Shown here piece after piece: positions 32,795-47,350 of a DNA stretch of 64,000 bases. The first letter of the stretch is position 1. The number at the start of each line of letters is the position of its first letter. The translations under genes were made by a program, and so were the position numbers. The notes below the pieces were generated by a model. That model saw only the letters and a program-made list of their open reading frames with translations. It had not been told where the DNA came from and made no database searches. Source of the DNA: the human T2T-CHM13v2.0 reference genome, Homo sapiens; NCBI GenBank assembly GCA_009914755.4, contig CP068257.2, positions 7,936,001 through 8,000,000 on the forward strand, in the 5' to 3' direction.

Positions 32795-32945
32795 TATTAT
32801 ACTTTAAGTTTTAGGGTAAACGTGCACAATGTGCAGATTAGTTACATATGTATACATGTGCCATGCTGGTGTGCTGCACCCATTAACTCGTCATTTAGCA
32901 TTAGGTATATCTCCTAATGCTGTCCCTCCCCCCTCCCCCTACCCC
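32795..32945 (-). mobile_element. LINE-1 extreme 3' end fragment (antisense)
   Basis: ttatactttaagttttagggtaaacgtgcacaatgtgcagattagttacatatgtatacatgtgccatgctggtgtgctgcacccattaactcgtcatttagcattaggtatatctcctaatgct is the reverse complement of the L1 3'UTR. Confidence 0.85.
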
Positions 32946-33220
32946 ACATTGCTCTTGTCTCCCAGGCTGGAGAACAGTGGTGCTATCTCGGCTCACTGCA
33001 ACCTCCGCCTCCTGGGTTCAAGCAATTCTCCTGCCTCAGCCACGTGAGTAGCTAGGATTACAGGTGTGCAACATGACACCTGGCTAATTTTGTATTTTTA
33101 GTAGAGATGGGGTTTTGCCAGTTGACCAGACTGGTCTCGAACCCCTGACCTCAGGTGATCCTCCCGCCTTGGCCTCCCAAAATGCTGGGATTACAGGCGT
33201 GAGCCACCATGTCCAGCTAG
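32945..33220 (-). mobile_element. Alu SINE
   Basis: ctcttgtctcccaggctggagaacagtggtgctatctcggctcactgcaacctccgcctcc...gctgggattacaggcgtgagccaccatgtccagc. Confidence 0.9.
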
Positions 33221-33959
33221 ATTTTAAATATTAACAAAATAATTACAAGTTCTGATTATTACTATTAAGAGAAAAGCACAGAGATAAAATAACATCAGAG
33301 AGGGGGCACCACCACTTTAGGAAGCCAGGTAAGGGCTGGAGGAGGTGAAATTTAGGCAAAGATTAAAGGACATTAGGAGTCAGACCTGCCATAGCAGGAG
33401 GGAATAGCATCCCTGGCAGAGAGGAAAGCTTGTTCAGAGCCACAGTCCTGAAAGAAGCTTGTTTGAGGGACTACAAGAAGACCAATGTGCTTGAAGCATA
33501 ATACATCTAAGATCAGATGTGTGATGAGTTTGAAGAGGCAGTTAGATCACCGTAAGAACTTTGGAGGGCTTTTGGCAGGAGAGTGACATGATCTGATCTG
33601 ATGTATATTTTGAAAGGTCACTCCAGCTTCCAGGTAGCAGTGGAAGAAGACATGCAAAAATCACAATCATAACTTACACGGCGTGGTAGCTTGGAGTACG
33701 GAGGAAGAGGAAGAACATTTGGGGCATATTTTGGAAGTGGAATAAACAGCAGATCTGCTGGTGGATGGAGAAGGGTGGGGTGAGGGTTGGTAATGAGGAG
33801 CCAAGGATGACTCTTTTTCAGGTTGGAGTAACTGGGAAGGCTTGGAAGACTAGTGGAGAAACAGGTTTGGAGAGAGAAGTCTCAGTCCCTTAGTCATTCA
33901 CCTCAGTTTCTTAGTCACTGGAATACCTTCGATCTCTTATCTACCACTTCTTTAAAAAC

Positions 33960-34447
<488 letters not shown>

Positions 34448-34466
34448 CTAAACTAACCCCAGATTT

Positions 34467-34490
34467 TATATATATATATATATAAAAAAC
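34467..34490. repeat. (TA)11 microsatellite
   Basis: tatatatatatatatatataaaa. Confidence 0.85.
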
Positions 34491-35544
34491 AAGAGCTTAC
34501 AGAACAGGCAGCACCAAGTGGGAGCTGGGGGGCTTGTCTTGATGTTGCATTTGATAAATATACACCGTTTTTACTCAGATTATATTTTTGCTTAGATTTG
34601 GGCTAAAGATCCCCAAAGCTGCCCCTTGGTATTGACACTCATTAAGAAATTAAGGAAGAGATAGTACTATTGAACTATTTTCCAAAAAAAGAAAAAAAAA
34701 AAGACAAAAACCCAAAACAAATGGGATGTGATGTACATTTTCCATGTTATTTTATACATGAGCTATCTTTCCAATACTGAAGTTGGTTTAGCAAGAAAAG
34801 AATTAAAGACTTCAAAGTGCAAGCCAAGAGCCAAAACCACTCTCAACAGCCCAAGGTTGTGAACGTATTTAATTTTCCCTTTCCCTGGGAAGTCATTTCT
34901 TGGATCATTGACTTACTATTATTCTGTAAAACAGTGGTAGCCCCTGCCTTCCTCTGCTTGCTGCCAAGAGTATGATCCAGCAGTGGGGTCTGAAGAGTTT
35001 ATGTTTATTGGATTTTAATGACTTAGTTAACAAAGGTCATTCCTAAAAGTAATAGAAAACTAAGGGTGTGGAAACAGAACGGAAAAGACTGACTCGAGGG
35101 TTATTTCTAGTAGTTCCTTGGTGTTGTCCTTAGATACATGTTTAATCCTTAAAAGCAATTATGAAGGAGTCTTCCTCATAACCAATTTACTGATGCTATA
35201 TTCAACTATACTTGTAAAATGTTATTTTAGACCTCTCAGTAACAAAAGGAACAGGGCTTAAAATATGTTAGATAATATTGCCATAAACAATGTACAGTTA
35301 ACATAATATTGCTGACAGTATAATTGTAATTCACTGTAATACTTGAATGCCACAACTGTAGTGCTTCCATTATCGCTGACAGTAGGAAATAACTTCAGTC
35401 TCAGGTGAAATCTGGTTGGATACAAATCTCCAAGTTAAAAGAAACCTCAAAGACCATTTAATCTTGTCCTTTTAAATATTTAGTAACTCATTTGGTAGTA
35501 AATATTTATCCAAATTATGTTTCTTAGACTGTAAAAGAATTTCC

Positions 35545-35690
35545 AGGCTGGGTGTGCTGGCTCACACCTGTAATCTTAGCACTTTGGGAGGATGAGGCAG
35601 GAGGATCACTTGAGTCCAGGCGTTCGAGAACAAATTGGGCAACAAAATCAGACTTTATCTCCATTCAAAGTAAATAAAACTAAAAAAAAA
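35545..35690 (+). mobile_element. Alu left-monomer (FLAM-like) element
   Basis: ggctgggtgtgctggctcacacctgtaatcttagcactttgggaggatgaggcaggaggatcacttgagtccaggcgttcgag. Confidence 0.75.
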
Positions 35691-35696
35691 ATTAGG

Positions 35697-35993
<297 letters not shown>

Positions 35994-35994
35994 T

Positions 35995-36190
35995 TAGCTG
36001 GGTATGGTGGCACACACCTGTAGTCACATCTACTCAGGAGGCTCAGCTGAGAGGATTGCTTGAGCCCAAGAGTTCGAGGGTGTAGTGAGCTATGATCGCA
36101 CCACTATACTCCAGCCTGGGTGACAGAACAAGACCCTGTCTCAAAAACAAACAAACAAACAAACAAACAAACCAACAACAACAAAAAAAA
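35995..36190 (+). mobile_element. Alu right-arm fragment with a (CAAA)n tail
   Basis: agctgggtatggtggcacacacctgtagtcacatctactcaggaggctcag...atactccagcctgggtgacagaacaagaccctgtctc plus (aaac)n. Confidence 0.85.
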
Positions 36191-36853
36191 CCTTGAGCTA
36201 AATGGTGATTGAATTATTTAAAATTAAATTGATGAGATCATTTAAGAATATGTGGAAAGAAAGAAATTTACAGTCATTCCTCAGGTATAAATTAAATATT
36301 TTCCACCTCAAAAATCCAATGACATGAGATATAAATGTATAGTTCACATATGTAATACATTTCTCACATGGTTACAGAACCTTTCTGATCTGGCTCCGGT
36401 TGACTTTTCCAGCCTTATCTCATTTCTCCTCCCTCCTTCCAACCCTGTTTTTTCCTCCTCTCCTTAGCTACAGCCTTACTAATCTTCCTACTGTGAGACT
36501 CAAACCCACGCTGCTCTCAGGTCTCAGGGCCTATGTACCAGTAATTCCCACTGCCTGGAATCCCTTGCCCTCATTCTTTGTTGGGTCATTCTGCAGACCC
36601 AGTACTACTTCCTCTTGGGAGCCTTTGTCCATCTCCTCTTCCCCCAATCTCCGAACCCCACCAAGACGTCAGTAGTTCTTGAGCAACCCTCTGCTTAATT
36701 TTCCTGGGATGACCAAAACTAACACTGTCTGATCCGTTGTTCAATCCCCAATCCCTAGAACAGAGCTGCAACATAACAGGAACTATAAATGAATGAATGG
36801 ATAAAGACAGCACTGAAGAACTTGAAATTATAGTTTACACATGTAAACAGTAA

Positions 36854-37200
<347 letters not shown>

Positions 37201-38089
37201 AGTTGTTGTTTTTAAAAGATACATTTCAACTCACTTCTCTAAGGTGGGAATACACACAGCCTGCCATCAGTTTGACATAAAACAAAAATTTTACCCTTGT
37301 CGCATGCTAAATTTCTTTTACTAGGTTAAAAAAATGTAGAATCCAAAGAGCTGTAAATGCAAATGACAAATACTGTACAAAATCTATCAAGCAACTATAA
37401 GTCACAACTTGCAAGCTTTCTCCTCAGCAAATGAGTTAAAAGGAAAAATATTTGAAACTTTCTTGGTGGAAAACGAATGACCTTTAAAAATGCCAGCATT
37501 TTCCCCAGAGAATAGATTTGGTCTGAGTTCTTCATTTCTGAAATTGTACAAGATAAGACCTCTTGGTTTGAGAGCCAAACTGCATCCTTCTATGAAGGTT
37601 TTAGATATTTTAAGTCTCCATACAAAACACTCCCCTTATTTTGAGAACAAAAGGAACAATAAGACAGCCTAGGCGGGGAAGAGAAAGAAAGGCCTTGAAA
37701 CAAAGTCCCTGGGAAGGTAAAAACAACAACAAAAATAGTAAGTTAGAGCTCGTGTTAGATCTGATAACTCAAAACTGCACAACGTTTGCCATACATCGAA
37801 AGCAACATGGGAAAACAGAAAAAGAGATCACAAACATTTTTTTGAGTGTCCTAACTTGTAGAACCCCTAAGAATGAATCAAATACACTTGGACAAAGCTC
37901 TTTTTTTCTCTCTCTCCTTCAAGTCACAGACTAGGGGTGTGGGGCGGGGGACGGGGAGTAAGACGGGGTCTCTAATAAATACAAGACCCAGTCTCGGACG
38001 TGTTTATTTGCTGACATTTTAGAAGAAAAATGGGCTACTTACAATTAATGAACCAAACTACCAAACTAAAATCATGAGTAGGAGGAGGA

Positions 38090-39300
38090 GTAAATGGAAC
38101 TGTCTGGGCGAAGTTTCAGGAAGGTGAAAGCTGGGGTCGCTGAGCCCTCCCCCACCCATAGCTCGGGGCTCTCCAGTCGCTCCCGGCCCCCAGCGCGGAC
38201 TTTCGGGCGCCGACGGCCCAACCATACAGACTTCGCAGGATGTAGCCCCCTTCTCCCCTCTCCAAGAGAGAAAAGTGCTAGGAGACGCAAACCGTATTTC
38301 CGTGTCCGAGCGTTGAAACCTGAGGAGTCGCACGCGGGGCGCCCACACTCGTTCCCGGGGAGCCCCAGCCCGGTCGCCCGCCCCGGTCCCAGCTCCAGCC
38401 CGGGCCTCCCTTACTCTGGGGCTCCATGGTCGGCTGCTCCCCGGCCTCCGCGGGCGAACGCCCGGACTCCTAACGCCTCTCAGCCAGGTCCGGCGTCGCT
38501 ACGGTTGCCCTGACAACCGGGAGGCGGAGTGGGCAGAACCAGAGGGACTGCGAGCGGGAGGGACCAAAAGCCGCAGGAAGTGAGGGAGCGCGTGAGGATC
38601 CGCCCGTCGCCGGGGACACTGAGAGAGGGTAGCGGCCAGGTCACCGGCTGAGGACACTGCCCCTGAAGCCCGGTCAGGCGGTCGCGCCCTCCCTGGCGGC
38701 CCCCGCGGCCTGGCAGGACCTGTGCCCCGACGTCGCCGACCCACGGCGTCCGTCGGGCGAGTGGGCCTGCCCGCGGGTAAGGCGCCGGCTCTGGGCCGCC
38801 CTCCCGGGACTCGGGAGGCGCCGCTGCAGGTAACAGCTGGGCCCCGGCGGCGGAAGGGGTTGGGGGTCGGCGCAGGGGCGGGCGCGCCCCGAGCCGGGTG
38901 GGTGGCCCCCGCGCACCTGTTGTAGCCGCCTGGGGGTCCCCTGCCCGCAGTTGGCCGTGGACGTTCCCCGCCCCGAATCCGAAACGCCGAGGGCGGCCTC
39001 CGCGCCTCCTGCTCCGGGAGCCACGCCTCAGCGGGAGGACGGAGCCCTGCGGGCAGCCCTCGCACCAGGACCTCCCTCGGAGCCCGGGCATGGGCCGGGC
39101 CTGGGGTGGTCCCTCGAACCCCCCTGACGGGAAGCGTGGAGCAATGCGAGCCGCTGCCGTCGTCGCTGTTGTCCCCAGTGAGCCGGGAGCGCCTCCTGAA
39201 TCGCGAGAGCCAAGAGCACGGCTTTGCCGTCATCCCCGTGTCCCATTTCAGGCAGGGGGCCCGGGTTGGATCTTTGTCGCTGGCTACGTTTTGTGTGTGT
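38090..39300. promoter_or_regulatory. CpG island (~1.2 kb, very high CpG and G+C content), a candidate and possibly bidirectional promoter. There are GT donor motifs at 38777 (CGG|GTAAGG) and 38827 (CAG|GTAACA) on + and at ~38040-38046 (AATT|GTAAGTAG) on -.
   Basis: It shows dense CpG with no Alu or repeat character, GGGCGG/CCGCCC Sp1-like boxes and no TATA. The surrounding 40 kb is AT-rich and CpG-depleted. Confidence 0.75.
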
Positions 39301-40619
39301 TGATTTGTTTCAGTCCTTCGCGTTTCCGGTTGAGTTACGGAATCTGCCCACACGTTTTGTGGCCAAACTTTGTAGGGCTGTGAAACAATGTAACATTATC
39401 TCACACAATAGTCTTTCATACTGGTTTTAAAACACAGTGATGCAGGGTTTGCTTTAAGGAAGCTTTGAGGATCACAAGGGATTATTATCTGGTAGGTTGT
39501 AAAAATTCAAACAACCGGGAGAGTGTCATAGGTTCTGGAACACCGGAAGGAGGAAAGAAAAATGGAGAGGAGAGAAAAAGGATAAGCAAGAAAGTGCAGG
39601 GGCATTAAGGGTGTGGGGGGCTGCAGGATTGATTTGGTACTCAGGTCTGGAGATTATGGCCCCTCTATTAATTCCAACCGCTGCTCCAGACAGTACTTGA
39701 GGGAAATGGAAGGAAGAGCCGTTTTGGGGGTCATGCAAGTGATTACTAATCTTGCCAGTATAAAGATTTCCACTCCATGGATGACAAGGACACTAAGGAG
39801 AATTACTTTCCTCTTAGAAAGGGAATCATTGAGAGGTTAATTGAACTTGAGAAGCATATATTCTGTGATGGAAACTGACATTTATTATATTCTTCCAAAT
39901 TAGGTTTTCCCCCTCTTAGACTATATGGGGACTTTTTCAGATTAATTGTCAAAACAAGAAGGTTTACGTGTGGATATTGACTAGCAGCGTGATATATACA
40001 GAACACATAATTCTCAAGCTGAAGTATTAAGGTAATAAATTAAGGGTGGAAAGTAAACACTTCATGGAACCTTAACTCCCTGTTCCTGAAATTTGGAGAC
40101 AGGGGCTTCATTTTTAGACAGAAAGTATCTAAAGATCAGCAGTACTTCTGTATCCAGTGGTTCTCAAGTTCTAGTTTACATATCATTAGCAAAATCACAA
40201 AGCGATCTTTTCATTCAAGATACAAATAGAGTGATCAGTATATCATAATCAAAAGTGACAAGATAGTGATTTAAAAAACACCTGGTATTTATTGACAAAA
40301 GAAAAGGTAGGATTAAGGCTGCTCAAACAGTAAAGGATTAGCATTAGTATTTTTTAAAAAAGAAGAAACAACAGTTCAGGTCTCTATGCTAAAGTAGTAA
40401 GGACTGAAGAAGTTTTAAGTTTGGAAAAAATGGAGATATGTATTGGTGAAACACTGTAATCATATAGAATGATTATTTTATCAGCAGCTGTGAAGTTGAC
40501 TTTGAGGAAATTTTGAATTGAAATACTTTAGGTGACAAGTAAAGGCAACTGTGAAAAGCAACATTTGATTTTAGCGGACAGGGTACCTGTGGAAGAAGAC
40601 TGGTTAGGAGTGGAAGTGA

Positions 40620-40735
40620 GGTGTAAAGGCACTGAAATGTCTGAGGCAGGGACAATATTCAGTTTCTCTTCCTCTATCACCTAGTGCAATGTACTTGTTA
40701 AACGTTTGTTGAATGAGTGAGAAGGACTTTAGAGA
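40620..40735 (+). mobile_element. MIR 3'-region relic
   Basis: cacctagtgcaatgtacttgttaaacgtttgttgaatgagtgag resembles the MIR tail motif. Confidence 0.35.
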
Positions 40736-41497
40736 AATTGCTTTGGATATAGGGATACACTTTACTATTGGAGAAAACACCCGAGATCAGAAAGTTGCTA
40801 ATGAGATAGGTGTGGGGGATGAATGGTAAAGACACTGATTGTACCTTTTTGGAGTTTTCTACCATTGTGTTTTATTTCTTTTCACCGGCATGTTCAGTAT
40901 GTTATTAGTGGTCAAATGAAAAGGAATAAAGTTCTATATATATTTTTTTAAGTCTCCAAGCTCATTACTAGATAGAATAGTTACATTATTGTTTACTTTG
41001 CTGATGTTTAGCTAAATGTAGCAAACTGAAGCATTATGGATCGGGAATAACAAAGCAACAATGAAGAAACAGATGTTGTCTTTTTCTTATTTAAATCTCT
41101 TGACTACCTAGAATTCAACGTAGAAATAACTTTAGTGGGAGGTTAACATTATTTAATGCAAATAGGTTGATAAAAATGTAGCAAATGAACATGTTATTAA
41201 TAGTTCTGTCTTCTAGCCTTACTGTGGTAAGTTGAAGGAAGTTTTCATTTTTGTTTTTGTTGGTTTTAGGGTTTTTGTTGGTTTTTGTTTTCTTTACCAG
41301 AGTGAGGGTACTTTTTTCTCTATCTGATACTTTCTGAAACTCTTAAGGAGTTCGGTCAAAAGTGGAAAACAATCAAATTTCTATTTTTGGTGTTTTCCTC
41401 TTTGTTCTCCAAACTTGTCATGGTCTACATTCAATGTGTTGCACTCACATGGAATGTCTGTCTCTCAGACCTTTACTCGTCCACAGTCTAAAGGAGA

Positions 41498-41897
<400 letters not shown>

Positions 41898-43469
41898 CTA
41901 CTGGGGGTGCTACACGGTTTAGCATTTAGCTCTGTAGGATGCTTTCGTATAGAATTTTATCTCATATGGATGGGTCTTGTACCTCTGACTAGATTAAATA
42001 TGTTTGGAGCTAAGTGCATGACTTACGCTTCTTCTGTGTTGCTTTTAGCACACTGTGGGCTTCATTCTGTACCTGATAATTTAAGTAGGGTAATAATAGA
42101 GAGGTCAAACCTTTAGTTTGGGGTCATTGCATTAATTTCTAGCTTTGCCCCTTTGGAAAAACAGAAACTCTTATTTTGTCATTGATAACTTGGGATAATA
42201 ACACCTGCAATGGTTGTCTGATAGTCTAGTTGTGAGAATCAAGATAAATGTGATTATAGATTATGAATGAAAATATCTTGTATGTCGTAATGAACTTTTT
42301 TAATATAAAGGGCTGTTATTGACTTAGGCATAGAGCAGATATTGATACCACATTCACAATGTCTTAGGTACTTCCTGGGCTCTGGAATTGCATGTCATAA
42401 AGGGTGAACAGGAAATGACCAGGTGCTTCTGAAGCAGAACAGCCTGGGCTGAGGCACGAAGGCCGGGAGAACAACTAAGCCATGGTTTATTCTGGCTGAA
42501 CTGGAGAATACTTCTTCATGTGTATTAGCAGAAAATGGGAGGAAGTAAGGCCAGAAAGGCAAATGTGGGCCAAATCAGAAGGAACCTAAGGACCATGAGT
42601 TTATCTTCCTTAAAGGTAATAAGGAGGATTTGGGTCAGTGACTGGATCAGTTTTGCATTTGGAAAGGATCACTGGCAACACTCAAATGACAGATTGGTAG
42701 AGAGCCTAAATGGGAGACAAAAAAATTGGAGATGTTGCTGAACCTCAGTGAAGAAATGAAGAGAACTAGGAGAGCGACGGTGGGAATAAGAAGGAGGGGC
42801 CACTAAAAAAGGTAGAATTAGCAGATCTTGGTGATACAGGAGATGAGGAAGGAGAAGCCAGGGATGACAGTGGGGTGATAGAGTGGATCATTCTGTTATT
42901 CATTGAACTCTAAAGAAGAAAAAAAAAATTTTGAGGAGTTTAAGAAGTGGGGTAGATGTGTTCAGTTTGAGAAGCCTGTCATATATGTTGGGAGGTCCCA
43001 TAAGTAGTAGTAGTTGGACATGTGGGTCTGGAACTAAAGGAAAAAAGTCTGAGATGAAGATAGAAATTTGGATTAAGCATTTAGTGATTGAAGTTAAAAT
43101 GTGATGATTTTCTCCAGGAATATTATGTGGAATAAGAGGGTAAAGGATAGAGCCCTGAAGTATGCACATTTTACGTTGTGGGGAGGGGCTGATGGTGGAA
43201 GAACCCGCGGAGACTAAGGACCAATGGTCAGAAAAGGGGGCTGAAAATCTGGGAGGATTAATGGAAGAGTGCCTACTCCTGAGGAGTTCATGCATTGGCA
43301 TTCCCCAAAATGATTATATTTTCCTCTAGCCACCGTAGAACGCACAACACAGTTCATCTATTATTGTTTTATTAAAGTTCATGTAAAATGACTACCCATT
43401 ACTTTGTTAACAACAGAAATCTTGTTATTTATGTTTAAAAATATTTTTTAAAACATTTTTAAACAGATT

Positions 43470-43580
43470 TTTTAGATACAGAGTCTTGTTATGTTGCCTA
43501 GGCTGGTCTGGAACTCCTGGGCTCCTCCAGCCTCAGCCTTCCAAAGTGCTGGGATTCCAGGCATGAGCCACTGTGCCTGT
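43470..43580 (-). mobile_element. Alu fragment
   Basis: agatacagagtcttgttatgttgcctaggctggtctggaactcctgggctcc...gggattccaggcatgagccactgtgcc. Confidence 0.75.
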
Positions 43581-44089
43581 GGCTATTTATGGGTTTTTTG
43601 TCTACATTTGGGACAACAAATCAAGTAAAATGTAACTTTAGAAGTTGATTATGATTATGCCTCAAGCAAATACTTTAAAAAAAAAAGAGAGAGAGAGAGA
43701 TGGATAAAAGTTAATTTTGTGTATGTCTCAGGTAAAGTATGTTAACTTGGGGAGACCAGCAGTAACCTGTTCTTTAAATCTCAGCTTTTATTGAATCTCA
43801 CACAAAATTTTTCTCAGATATGTCACTAGACTACTTAAATAAGCCAGATTAGTATTTTTGCATACTTTATTAACTCTGCTTCTACTCAGAGTAAATTAGT
43901 TTTTGGAATGGAATGCAGTCAAAAAAATCATCAAAATAATATCACAAAGCACTGAGTGGTCCAGTCATTTGAACTTCTGACAATACCTTTGACTTAGAAA
44001 CCTATTTGTGGGGAGTGGTATATTAATACTATACATAAACATTGATTGAGCTCGGGGGGACTTTCTGTATATACATTTAAAAATATGTT

Positions 44090-44215
44090 TTTTTTTAATA
44101 GAGACAGGGTCTCACTGTGTTACCCAGGCTAGTCTCAAACTCCTGGGCTCAAATTACCCTCCCCACTTGGCCTCCCAAAAGGATGGGATTACAGGCATGA
44201 GCCACTGCCCGAAGG
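44090..44215 (-). mobile_element. Alu fragment
   Basis: T-run plus aatagagacagggtctcactgtgttacccaggctagtctcaaactcctgggctcaaat...gggattacaggcatgagccactgcccg. Confidence 0.8.
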
Positions 44216-44326
44216 CTAAAATTTTTTTAAGTACCATTAGAATGTAAGGATTCTTTTTAAAAAATTTGATTGTGCAGGGTTGGTTATTCAACCAATATGC
44301 AATACAATATTCAATACTGTATATTC

Positions 44327-44395
44327 ATCACTTCTAGGCCTTTTGGCTAAGATCAACTGTAGTATCTGTTGTTATTAATATAATATTGTATATTC
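44327..44395 (+). pseudogene. U2 snRNA pseudogene fragment (5' ~65 nt of U2)
   Basis: ATCACTTCTAGGCCTTTTGGCTAAGATCAACTGTAGTATCTGTTGTTAT compared with U2 ATCGCTTCTCGGCCTTTTGGCTAAGATCAAGTGTAGTATCTGTTCTTAT. It diverges after ~50 nt. Confidence 0.7.
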
Positions 44396-45949
44396 AACCA
44401 ATTGTCAATACAAGGCTGGTTGTATCTGATATGAACCAACATTGAGTTAAAAATGGACCTTTTTTTTTTAAAAAAAAAGCTAATTAACTAGATTTGCTTA
44501 CTTAAAATCAAAGCAATCAACTCGTTACAAGTCTAGAAATAAGGATTTTAAAATAAATTTTGAATTTTGACCTTATCTTTTCCCAGAAAGACTTTAAATT
44601 GATACTGGAAACCAAATAGGATATATTTTGGGAGATTTGAGGCTATTAAAACAAAGGCAAACAAAGAAGTGACCTTCTAAAAGTCCTAGTAATGATTAGG
44701 TCCATTGTTTCAATTAAACCATACCGTGCTTGAGAGATAAAGTGTATTAAATATTTGACTGTAACTTTGTATTAGAAATGTTTTTAAAATCTATAAAAAA
44801 GATTTACCAATCTATCTATACCATGTTTTTCAGTTTTATGGTATTTCTTCCAGACCTCTCTTCCTGACATCTCCATTAGTGTCAAGTATTTCTTCAACCC
44901 CCAGTGATGCAACGTGAGTCTATTTTTTAAAATGTAGTCTGGAAGCAATATGTAATATAGTCAGGAAGCAGTATGGATATATGGTTAAGTATATACACTA
45001 TACACTTAACTGAGGTTAAGCAGAGATCATAGTGCCTGACTTGAAGCACCTGCTCTACCACAGATGATCTTCTAGAAGCTGTATAAATTAAACCTCTGAA
45101 GGTTTACATTTCCTCATTTGAAAAATGGAAATAATAAAGTAAACCCTCATGAGGTCCTTAAGAGTTTAAATGAAATAATCCATATAAAGTGCTTAAGTGC
45201 TGAACATAGCATCTGGTATGCAATAATCACTCTATAAATGCTAATTGGTAAAATTATCATCATTGTTATTGTTAGTCCAACTATAGTAGTAGCATGGAAC
45301 CAGGATTCTGAAAAGTGTGGCCTGCAGATCAGGGTCAGTGCAGACTTACTGGTTTGCAGTGAGATCTGGAGCTTGTGCCAGAATGTAAATAGGCGATGTC
45401 ACTAAACATACTGATTACTGTTCAGCTGACTTTTTAAAAATAGCAAGACCTCTTCAGTGTAGGAAGCAGTTAGTTGATTTACATTCTGGTGCAAGCTCTT
45501 TACCTTGCCACAAACCAGCAGCAGAGTTGACATGGAGTATTGGACCAATGATCCCACTCTCCAAAAAATAATAGTCCTTTATTCTGAAGACGTTATTATT
45601 CACTCATAATACCTCATTAACTTTCTTTTTTTCTAAACATTGTAATAATAGATTATAAGTATATTGTTTATGAGTTCAGCAGATATTTATTGATCACATA
45701 GTTTGTGCACAGCCCTGTATCTTATTTTGCAGGAGTTGCAAAGCTGGCTCAGAAATTAATCTTGCCTTTAGGAAGTCTACCATAAACCCGCAAGAGGAAA
45801 TAAGTGAAAATCTAAATAAATGTGTTGAATATATGCAGTGATTGTTTGCAATAGTGTTATAGCTTGGTTCCAAAGATTTCAATATAGACAGATGTTTCCT
45901 TTTGCTGAGCTGCTACCAGAATAGGACAGAATTAATTATCTTTTTGGAA

Positions 45950-46237
<288 letters not shown>

Positions 46238-46582
46238 TAATACCTTTTACGTTTTCAGCATTATGCTATCACAATAAAGTTCAGAGTTTGCTTTATTAAG
46301 ATAGTGTTTGAATCTTCTAGGAGATTCAGAAACCTGCAGTACTAGGGAAATCTGAGTTTTAGATATAATAACAAAATTATAACTTTTAAAGATTTGTATT
46401 GTAGAAGATTATCCTTAAGTGTTTTTTAAATTATTAATTTACTATTTCACCCTTCATGCAAATATATGAATTATAAATGATTGATTGTTCCATAGAATAT
46501 GAAGAGATATTAAATAAATATTAAAATATTTATAAAGTTTTGGTTAAAATGAGCACAATTTCTTCTCGAAAAAATTCACTGC

Positions 46583-46795
46583 CAGCCTGGGCAACATAGG
46601 GAGATACTGTCTCTACAAAAATAAAAAAATAAAAATTAGCCAGGCATGGTGGTGTGTTCGTATAGTCCCACTATTGGAGAGACTGAGTCAGGATGATCAA
46701 TTGAGCCCAGAAGTTGGAGGCTGCAGTGAGCTATAATCATGCCACTGCACTCCAGCCTGGGCGATGGAATAAGACCATGTCTTTAAAAAAAAATG
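46583..46795 (+). mobile_element. Alu, 5'-truncated
   Basis: gccagcctgggcaacatagggagatactgtctctacaaaaataaaaaaataaaaattagccaggcatggtggtg...gcactccagcctgggcgatggaataagaccatgtct. Confidence 0.8.
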
Positions 46796-47224
46796 CATTG
46801 CTCAAACAGATAATGTTGAAACAAATTCTGGAGTAATATAAACATAATAATTTTTAAAAGGCAAGGCATGTATATTTTACATATAAATATGTATATTATA
46901 TAGTATAGGGTTTACAAACTATGAGTCAGATCATGAGCAGATTTATTTTTGCAGACTAATTTACTGTTGAGTGGGCTTAGGGAAAAAAGGAAAATAATGC
47001 AAAATGTTCAAGTCCAGAAATGTTATTTCATTTTTAATATTTCTTAGAATGTTTTGCGTGGAAGTGGATGTATTGGTTTCTCTTATTGCCATGCTTGGTG
47101 CACCTGCTCGTAATCACTTTTGTTGTGCCTTTTGCCATAAATTGTTACCTAATCTCACTAATGACTTTAAGAAAATTGAAGGTGGGTGTTAGAAAGATTA
47201 TAGGTAATATTAAAGAATATAAGG

Positions 47225-47350
47225 CAGGCATGGTGGTGTGTACCTGTAGTTCCAGCTACTCGGAAAGCTAAGGCAGGAGGATCACTTGAGCCCAGGAGTT
47301 GAATACAGCCTGGGCAACACAGACTCTGTCCCTGTTTCTAAAATTAAAAA
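47225..47350 (+). mobile_element. Alu right-monomer fragment
   Basis: ggcaggcatggtggtgtgtacctgtagttccagctactcggaaagctaaggcaggaggatcacttgagcccaggagttgaatacagcctgggcaacacagac. Confidence 0.75.

Noticed and set aside
38058-39430. Overlapping GC-rich ORFs (e.g. 38499..39353 - 284 aa; 38480..39091 - 203 aa; 38094..38513 + 139 aa) rich in P/R/G/A
   Set aside because: These are typical CpG-island no-stop artefacts. Mutually overlapping frames on both strands and Pro/Arg/Gly/Ala-dominated composition with no recognisable domain make them at best 5'UTR or first-exon sequence, not demonstrable CDS.
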